NCBI GenBank assembly: GCA_951406725.2
Contig: OX597819.1
Coordinates: forward strand, 48,174,001 to 48,238,000
Reading direction: 5' to 3'
Length of the DNA stretch: 64,000 nucleotides
Source: Octopus vulgaris
Taxonomy: Eukaryota
The position numbers and the translations under genes are program-made. Shown here piece after piece: positions 54,685-64,000 of this stretch; within the stretch, counting starts at the first letter, position 1; every line of letters starts with the position of its first letter. The notes under the pieces are model-generated. The model worked only from the letters and a program-made list of their open reading frames with translations, was not told the DNA's origin and made no database searches.

Positions 54685-54822
54685 ATATGGCTGTGTGGTA
54701 AAGAAGATCCCTTTGCAACCATATAGATTCAGGCTCAGTCTGCACAACACCTTGGGCAACTGTCTTCTACTATGGCCCCAAGTCTTGTGAGTGAATTTGG
54801 TAGATAGAAACTGTATGGAAGT

Positions 54823-54869
<47 letters not shown>

Positions 54870-55045
54870 GTGGGTGGATGGGGGGGTTCTCCCAACCACC
54901 ATTTAACAACCAGTGCTAGTTTATGTTCTTGTAACTTAGATTGACAAACAAGAATACTTGGATCAATTTGTTTGAATAAACCCTTTAAGTTGGTGCCCCA
55001 GCATAGCTGCAGTCCAATAGCCAGAACAAATAAAAAGGTAAAGAA
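54685..55045 (+). mobile_element. tRNA-derived SINE copy with internal (AT)n
   Basis: tggctgtgtggtaaag head, cttgggcaactgtcttctactat core. Confidence 0.7.
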
Positions 55046-56100
55046 GATAAAATGGTCATGTGCACGGTTTATCAAGTGCTGATATAGGCAACCAGACACT
55101 GGCATTTATTTTATTTTATTGAACACCTATACAATATATGGAGGCAGAGTTTCAAGACATTGAAATACTAATGAGTTTAATCCCAAAGCAAACTCAGTTC
55201 CCAGTGAAGCAACTTCTAGTTCTTTTCTTAAGACTCAAGTCAAAACTACAGCCAGCAATAGACAGGAGTTATTTTCCCTAATCATTATTGATTGTTGACT
55301 ATGAAATAAGTATTTATTATTTCAAGGTAGTAGAAACAAAATCTTCCTTCGTTGTTTAGTGTTTTTGATCTCTATTTTAGTGACATAAATCAACCTTCAC
55401 TGTCATCCTTCCTGGGTCTCTAAAATAAGTAGCAGTAATAAACAAGAAAACAAAGCTAAAAAAATAATTTCATATCTAAGCAAAAAGCATTTTATAGTCT
55501 ATGCTGTTGAACACTGCTGTTCTCAGTTAATCAAGTCTACCAGAAAAAAGTTTCAATATACTTAATAGGGGAGAAGTCATGACAATCACAACTTCCCATT
55601 ATTCTTCTCTAAAAATCTGAAACATTGTAAAAAGTGGGGAAATAAATAAATACTACCAAAACTTGCAGGACCAGTAATTCTCAAACATTTTAAGTTCATT
55701 TCATCTTTTACACTTTCTTCCAATGACACCTCCCCTCCACCTCAATATTCTTGCATTAATCCATTCATTGTCAGCTGATTTAATCAATTACTTGAGATTT
55801 CATAATGAAAGAAATTTATAAATGAAGGACCAGTCCTATTTACCTTCAGAAGAAACAAGTGCAATCCAGCTCTAACAAACAACAGTAGCAAGCTATTTCT
55901 AGCCCTCAATACCTACTTTCAGCTATTTGAGAGTTTTCTTAGTCACAGATATAACTCAATGCCAGTAACAGGATAGACCCAACAATCTTTGCTATTCATT
56001 ATTGTACTAACTCAGCTAGTCACATTCTCTGCAGAAGATTTGAAAGGAGTACCAAAACATCTAATGCCTATTTGGGAACACCTTCACTTGTAATTCCTCC

Positions 56101-56327
56101 TTAACACTTTAGCAGTTAAACAGGCTATAATCTGGCCAAAAACTTTGACCAGTTTTACGTTCAAACTAACAAAATCCAACTCACACCTGCCTTACAATGT
56201 CATGCTAAAAATTTATCACATCATTGAAATCTCAAAACTATTAGATAATGTGAGATTAATTCAAAACAATGTGAATAAATAAATAAGCATTACATTTGAC
56301 AGAGTAATCTGAATTGTAAAGGGTTAA
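56101..56327 (+). mobile_element. TTAA-type MITE family A, complete copy
   Basis: ttaacactttagc...gtaaagggttaa termini. Confidence 0.65.
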
Positions 56328-57949
56328 TCAGTCCCAAGTCCCACTTAGGGAGATCACTTTTAAACTTCATAAAAAAAAAATACACATTATAAAGCTGATT
56401 GACATCTTACCACAAATCACTATAGCATTTCAACCACTACCAAATAATCTTCTCTCTCTCTCTTTTACTGCTACTACAACAGTCTCTGCTGCATTTTTTT
56501 TTTTACTTTATACCACCATCACTACCACCAAGACTTCACTTGATACATTTTGCCTCTTCTCTACCATACATCATCTCTACTAATTTTCTGTTTAAAATCC
56601 GCACCACCATATTAAACAGTTCCCCCAATTCCCTTTTCCCATAAGCTTCCCTTTTATAACATCCATTCACATCCTCATTTTCCCACCAATCACAACATTG
56701 CATCAGTTCAAACTCAATAGTCACCTCATCCAATTAGCCTTCTCCCACCAACGCCTCCACTTTAGAAAAGAAAAGAAAGAAAAAAAGATCAAACCAACAC
56801 AAAAAAATTTAAACTAAACTACATGTAAGTGTGTATCCACCAGTCCATTCAAACCTAAACTAAATATGGATATTACTGAGACATGTTACCAAAATATGTT
56901 TTCAATTTTTACTTTTCCACAATTTTCTTACCATATATACAATGGAAATTAGAACAGTAATGTTTATATCTTATTATTTTAATCTTAGCTCGCTCTCTCT
57001 CTCTCATGCAAAGAAAGAGAGAGTGCTTTTCAAACAACTTCCTACATAACTGCTCACATCTTGACCTGTGACATACAAACATACTTTTGTCACAAAAACT
57101 GAAGGGGAAAGGACAGAATAAAAGTTTGTAAAACACCTCATATTTAGTTGAGGTTTTTTATTTTTTGTTTTGTTTCTTTCTTTTTACTCCACATTAGCAG
57201 CTAAAAGATAAAATAGGAATTTGAAATCTGATGAAGGACTTCTACTATACTAAGGACTTAATACATTCTTCCAGTCCAATACAAAAAAGTTTACATTTGC
57301 AAATAAAAAGATAAGTGAAAATTGCTTTAAAGAAAAGTGAAACAAAATAAAATGAACCGCATATGTCTACCAGCTTAAAAATACATTAAAACTAAACTCT
57401 GTCTCATTAATATACATCAGCTGTGGCAAGCAGAGCAGATCAAGAGGTAAAATCTTGGCGAGTTGAATATACAATCTAGTTTCAATTCCCAGTTGAGGGC
57501 CATTTCTCATCACTTATATTGCTCATAAGCTTCAGAATGATATAAGCTTGACAGCACTCCATTTTTTCCCTTGCTTATCAGTATAGGATTTAATATCTGA
57601 TTCACAGCAACCAATACCATGCATGAGATGCCAAATATTAATTGGTACCATATATTATTAATATTAGTAGGCAACCATAACTAGATTCTGTTAGAAGAAC
57701 AACAACAAAAACAGTGGCTTCAAATTTTGGTACAGAACCAGAAGATTTTGAAGGGATGGGAAGTCAATTACATCAACGCAGCACTTGACTGGTACTTATT
57801 TTATTGACTCTGGAAGAGATGAAAGACAAAGTCAACCTTGGTAGAAATTGAACTCAAAACGCAAAGGCAGACTAAATGCTGCTAAGCATTTTATTTGACA
57901 TGCTAATGTTTCTGCCAGCTCACTGCCTTCAATAATGATGATGATGATG

Positions 57950-58202
57950 GACCCTTTGAAGATAACGTATAAGCGTTCAACTTTTTGCCGAATGACCTGC
58001 ACAAATGATTTGTTTATAGTGATCAAATGTTCAGGCTCACTCTCTCCATCACAGTGTACAACACGTCAGGTGTCAAAGTGATCGCAGAGAGCAATGTGAG
58101 TTGAAGCATTTTTCTGAAGAACACAATGCACCACCGAGTCTAGGAATTGAAATCATGATCACTAAATCATGAATGCAATACCCTAACCATTAGGCCATGT
58201 GC
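57950..58202 (-). mobile_element. tRNA-headed SINE (related copy ~1040-1215)
   Basis: tggcctaatggttagggtattgcattc..tttcaattcc head on the minus strand. Confidence 0.55.
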
Positions 58203-58872
58203 CCTGACGCCAAACAAATACAAAATCACCACGATAGAGTAAAACAGTATTTATATTGGAAAATATGCAAACACTACAAAATCAGCACTCCCGCTTACTG
58301 GTATGAACATCATCCTGAGCCAGTCATTGAAGGCAAAAATTTCAATCCTCTGAGATTTTCCAGTCGACACTGACAGAACGATTCAATCATAAAAGACAGG
58401 GAAGAAAAGACTTGTACACTAATAGATATAAGTGTTCCCACTAGTAAAAATATATCTGAAAAAGGATTTGACAAACTAAGTAAATATAAGGGCCTGGAAA
58501 TTGAAATACAAAAGATATAGCATCTTAAAACGAGAACTGTTCCTGTTATTGTGGGTGCCCTTGGTATGATAAGAAAGGGATGTCAGAAACATCTAGATAA
58601 TATCCCAGGAGAACCATGTCTCAGAGAAATCCAAAAGATTGTGCTGACAAATACTACCCACATCCTTAGAAGAACCCTATCAATTTTAATGTATGTGTTG
58701 TATTACATGAAGATATTTTGCTACTGCCCCTGCCACTTGTCCTCCCCAAGCTTTCAATCATACTGTAACATTTTTTATCCTTCATTCGCTCTAGAATGCT
58801 GGTTGTGTCTCAGCAAGTGATTGTAACAAACATGCAGATTAAAAGTAAATAATAATAATAATAATAATAAAA
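58203..58872 (+). mobile_element. Second, more decayed R4/Dong-like 3' fragment
   Basis: HHDRV..YLYWKIC, LIDISVP, KYKGLEIEI and VGALGMI..EIQKIVL motifs; ends in (TAA)n. Confidence 0.82.
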
Positions 58873-59925
58873 TACAACAAATCCAAGAATTAGACGTACT
58901 GGAAACAAGCACAGAAAAAGCTAAGAGTATGAAAACCCATGCTAAAACTGCTGCCTTAGATATTCTTACTGATAAATGGCAAGAAAAACCTCTTAATGGA
59001 AAATACACAAAGAAAGCTAATAAAGATGATGTTGACAAAGCCCTTACCCATCAATGGTTAGTGTCCTCTGACTTAAAATTAGAAACAGAAGGATTAATCA
59101 TAGCAGCCCAAGATCAATGCCTACCTACAAGGAGCTACCAGGCCAACATATTAAAGAATGGCAGTAGCCCAACTTGTCTTGTATGTAAACAACAAAATGA
59201 AACCATTGATCATGTCTCCATATGCAGTCTTCTTGCACCTACAGAGTTTCTCAACAGGCATGATAGAGCAGCACAATATATTCACTGGGTAAATTGCAAA
59301 AACCTGGACCTGCCCCATGATAAAAACTGGTGGGAATACAAACAACCTCCAGTGCTTGAAAATGATCACATCTCAATCCTTTGGAACTTCAGCATTCAAA
59401 CTGACAGAAAGATAGATGCAAATAGGTCAGACATCATATTGAAAGAATTCAGACAAAAATCATGCCTCTTCATTGATATGACTGTCCCTAACGATATAAA
59501 CACATCTGTCAAGACCTACCAAAAACTGAGAAAGTATAAAGATCTTGAAATAGAAATTGGCAAAATGTGGAACCTCAAGACTAAAACAATGCCTGTTGTT
59601 ATAGGTGCCCTAGGAATGATACCAAAAGGAGCTGATCCCTACCTAGCTCAGATACAAAGAAACCCCAAAATGGCAGAAATTCAAAAGATAGTGCTCATGG
59701 GAACTGCCCATATCCTACGTAAAATACTGCCTATGTAACCTCAAATTTGAAAACAAACTTATAATTTTCTTAGGTTTTCTTAAACATTCTCCAGAACAAT
59801 ACTATGAGCAAAACCAAATATATGACACCTTTGGCATAACACAAACTTGAAGTCTCTGGGTGAAATTTGGCGTCAACTTGTACAAATAAAAAGCAAAAGT
59901 TAAAAAAATAAAATAATAATAATAA
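58873..59925 (+). mobile_element. 5'-truncated R4/Dong-like non-LTR retrotransposon (CCHC plus restriction-like endonuclease)
   Basis: ORF 58929-59738 has CLVC..ETIDHVSIC, DRKIDANRSDII..IDMTVP..K..KYKDL and PVVIGALG; flanked by (TAA)n. Confidence 0.88.
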
Positions 59926-62479
59926 TTTTTTCTATTATAGGTGCAAGGTCTGAAATTTTAGAGGAAGTGATTAGCCAATTGCATCAACACCAGTGCTCAA
60001 CTGGTACTTCTTTTATTCACCCCAAAAGGGATGAAAGGCAAAGTTGATCTCAGCAGAATCTGAACTCAGAACATCAAAACACAAAATACTGCTGAGCATT
60101 TTGTCCAATGTGCTAATAATTCTGCTAGCTCACCACCATACTACTACTACCACCACCACCATCAACAATAACCCCTTAAAAATTTCTGCCAAAAATCACT
60201 GCTCAAGAATCCTTTTCATCATCATCTAGTTCATTTAATATATTTCTAGATATCTTATAATAAAAAATGATTTGTGATTGCTTCAATATGTAACTAAGAG
60301 GTTACATATTGAAGCTATCATAAATCAAGTTTTTTTTTTTTATTGGATACAAAAATAAAAAGAGCAGTCCAAATAACTTTACCAAGTATAAAACTTGGCT
60401 GAATGCACTGAACATTTATGTACAGTACATTGTAAACACTGTACATTTACTGTACAGTGTTTTTACAATGTTATAACCTCAGTTCAATTTATGGCAGAGT
60501 TCTTAAACAATTTACGACGAAAAAATAACTGACGGTGTGACATCTCCAACATCACCCTTCCCTTTCACCTACACTCTGCTCGTCTCTCTCTCTCATCCTC
60601 ATTATTCTATCTCTCTTGGTTTTGAGGTACATACTTAAGTGTCCACACCAGAACTGCATGTACCTCATGTACTCTAGCTATATTCCTACTGGCCATTTGG
60701 TATTAACATCCATCATTCACTCACACTATAAATCCACCTCTTGCTATCCATCACTCTCTCAACCTTATTCTCTGGTGCCACAATAAAATGCACCCAGTTT
60801 ACTCTGCTGAGGGATGTGAAAACCCTTTTGTCTTGTTGAAGACATAACAACCTTTGTTACAATGGTGCCACAAAAAAAAATGCACCCAGTGCACTCTGTA
60901 AAGAGATTAACACTAGAAAAGGCATCTAGCCATAGAAACCAGACCAAAAATGAAACTTATGAGTTAGATGCAGTCCCTTGGCCTGTATTGGAGAACAGAA
61001 ATGACCGGCCCAATCCATGACAGCAAGGAAAGCAAACATAATGATAAGAACGATGATTTATAAACCTAACATTCCAAGTAGTTGCTCTTTGATTTTACAC
61101 TAACAGTGTCTCTCTCTTCCTCACTCTCGGACAAAGAACATGGGTCCAAAAACTAAGTTCCACTACAGTGCAGAGGGAAGACTAATTATTACTGGCACAA
61201 ACCATTTCTAATTTCCTAGGACTACATTTGTATTTATGTCTTTTTTTTAAAGGCAATGAAGGATAAGGAAGACATTTTAATCTTGTAGGAGACAACCTCT
61301 TTAGTGGCAGTAGTATGATAAAATGAACGTGGCCCATGCAGTAAAAAAAACTGTGGCAAGAAGGAAGACACAAACAAAGCATAGAAGAGACTCTTTGGCT
61401 CAGTTGCAGACAACTGCTCAAGTGCAACAAAGATGTGCAGTTTTCTCTTACCATGTGTGGTAGATGATGAAGGATGAGCAATAAGATACTGTAAGATCTG
61501 TCCAATCCCTGCCAGCATGGAAAAGGGGGTTCTCGTTCACCAGGTTTTTCAAATAACTTTATGAAAATATTAGTTTTATCAGAACTGGGTATTTTATCAG
61601 TCCCCAAAGGAATGCAAGTCCTATGTGGCACTGTAGCTCATTGAAGTGTAAATGAAAAAAGCCTGCTCTACAAACAAAGCTCTTTTTATGTAATACACAA
61701 GATAGAGTTGATGTTTGATAAGACAGGCTATGGATTCTGAGTCATGCAGTAGAAATTAGTTAAGAAACAAAAAGTAAACAAATCATTCAATATAGCCTTC
61801 TACCATCTGTATAAACTTAATGATAAGTTAATAAAAGAAACTCCTTTCAGCTACTTGTCTAGAAGTAGTGACCAAATCCCCATGAAATTACATCCTATCA
61901 TTTTAAAAAAAAGGAAGTATATATCAGATATTGTAATCCTAAATACGCTATGGATGAAATATGTGAAAGTCATGGATGGAATGTCTTTGATCACTGGTCT
62001 CCTCTGTTAGGCTACCCTGCAGCTAATCAAAAACAACATTTCTAAGTAAACTTCAAAGTGTTAAAAAGGAACAGATGAAGAATTACCCAATTAAATTGGT
62101 AATAATTTCATTCATGTAAATTTTCTGGAATGATTCACTTTAAAGTTGGAGTCGATTACACACAATAAATCATACAAATAACAAAAGATACATAACTATG
62201 TAACTATATAACGTAACAAATAGAAACTAGTTTCTCTTTTATCTCTGCTACATTCTGAAACTCAAATTATATATCTTCCATGACCATGCTAATCCATATT
62301 TGTAAGAAACCCAATTAAGTAAACATGGTGATTTATAATAGTTTCTTTCATCTATAGAATGGTTCTCAAGTTTTAGAAGAGACTTACTTGAGTGTTTAAC
62401 CTGGTATACACACACACACACTATGTAATATACTGTAACCTAGATCAATGAAATATCTCATTACAATACTATTTACAAA

Positions 62480-62948
62480 TGGTACCCTTGAATCGTCAGG
62501 TGATATGCTGTGCATGAGAAGACCTACTGAGTCAAGTAAAATCAAAATCATAGTTGTGGCTAATACCATACTGGTGGCACATAATAAGCACCATTCAAGT
62601 GTAGGTCAGTGCCAGTGCCACCTGACTGGCTCTCCATGCCGGTGGCACGTAAAAAGCATCATCCAAACGTGGTCGATGCCAGTGCCCCCCAGCTAACTCC
62701 TGTGCCGCTGGCACATAAAAAGCACCATCCAAACATCATCAATGCCAGTGCTGCTTGACTGGCTTCCGTGCCAGTGGCACATTAAAAGCACCCACTACAC
62801 TCAGAGTGGTTGGAATTAGGAAGGGTATCCAGCTGTAGAAACCATGCCAAATCAGAATGGAGCCTACTGGCTTGCCACTCCTCAGTCAAACCGTCCAACC
62901 CATGCCAGCATGGAAAACGGACGTTAAACAGTGATGATGATGATGATT
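62480..62948 (+). mobile_element. (GAT)n-tailed SINE-like retroposon
   Basis: Reverse-complement homolog of 500-935, with three ggcac..aaaagcacc subrepeats. Confidence 0.75.
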
Positions 62949-64000
62949 CATGGATTCTGAACTGCTAAGTTATATCAGGACAAACTACCTACAAAATGAA
63001 TCTGTTTAATACAAATTGAGCAAAATGCAGAACTTGGACTGAGATAAAGGTGAGTAACTACATGTTTGAACTCTCAGTGTCCTTCTCTACTCTCTAACTA
63101 GGCAAAGAAATGTTTTATTAATTTAGTAATTGTATAACCTTGCTTCAGGAAATTTCAAAACTAGAATAAAATTAAATCTTAATTTGTTTGTTGAAATCTA
63201 TAATTTAAAGTGAAGTATTTTTTCTGCTTTAATTTCATAAAATAGGTTTAATTAAAGCAATGTTTGCAATTTAGTTAATATAAGAAGTCAAAAAGTAAAA
63301 TCAGCTTTGTTCTGAAATACCTTCAGCCAGTAGAAAAAAATCATTAAAAATAAAGACCTCGTAAATTGCGCACTGTCATTTAACTAATTAAGCACAATTT
63401 TGGTTCCGAATACTTCCAATGATTCAGAAATTCCATAAGAAGTACAATACACACCAATTCTGAATTTCTGATAATTGCAATTTTAATAGATAACTAAACC
63501 AACAATTAAAACCAGTGATAATTTGGGAATAGCTGTGTTAGGAAGAGCATCCATAGAAACCATACTTAATTTAAAAACATACACGCAAGATGTGGTAGCC
63601 CTATTCATGAAGACACTAATGCTGAATAAAAACTGGCTTTGACTGCGGTGACCTGTCCAACCCATGCCAGCATGGAAAACAGACATAAAATGACAATGAA
63701 ACGAGTAGTAATCATCTACATTCTGCAAAGTTGTTTTCTTTTATAATAAATAAATAACTAAAACTAGTAGCATAGGTTGTTTCATGAAGCCTAAAAGCCA
63801 TAAAAGATAATTTCATCTCAGACAATTGGCTCCTGAGGTGTTTACCATACATTAATAATTATGCTATAATTTGATCAAAATAGCAGCATAAGTTGCCTTA
63901 CTGAAAAGAAGTGATGAGCCATTTAAAATGCCAAATAATTATACACGATAAATTCTTAACGAAGCAAGTTAAATAAACAGCATTAGATATCTACCTATAA

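Noticed and set aside
60427-60471. Short hairpin resembling a pre-miRNA
   Set aside because: Too short and low in complexity; no support.
61182-61631. 149-aa minus-strand ORF
   Set aside because: Non-ATG start, no homology and no exon signals.
51371-64000. LIM-domain exons of Lasp
   Set aside because: Searched by eye for WHKxCF, MKxYKG and PYC codons and found none; probably upstream of the window, although a miss cannot be excluded.

Overview
Eukaryotic, AT-rich, repeat-dense genomic DNA, most likely a coleoid cephalopod (Octopus-like SINEs and microsatellites; inference). The window appears to be internal to one minus-strand gene, a LIM-and-SH3 (Lasp/nebulette-family) gene. Nine coding exons were read by hand: the post-LIM exon (51286-51370), seven symmetric 105/108-nt single-nebulin-repeat exons, and a canonical second-repeat/linker exon (4360-4534). 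The LIM and SH3 exons were not found and probably lie outside the window. Most ORF-track ORFs are spurious. The introns hold a decayed mariner, R4/Dong-like, RTE and L1/Tx1 LINE fragments, several SINE families and TTAA/TA-flanked MITEs. Two observations stand out. (1) An expandable cassette array could take Lasp from 2 to 9 nebulin repeats and has weak splice sites plus Rbfox/QKI motifs. (2) A ~1-kb non-coding inverted-plus-tandem ~353-bp repeat at 20015-20989 carries minimal type I hammerhead ribozyme motifs and a target-site duplication (Penelope pLTR/retrozyme-like); its most intact ribozyme copy is in the sense orientation of the host pre-mRNA. TE boundaries are approximate unless TIRs/TSDs are quoted.
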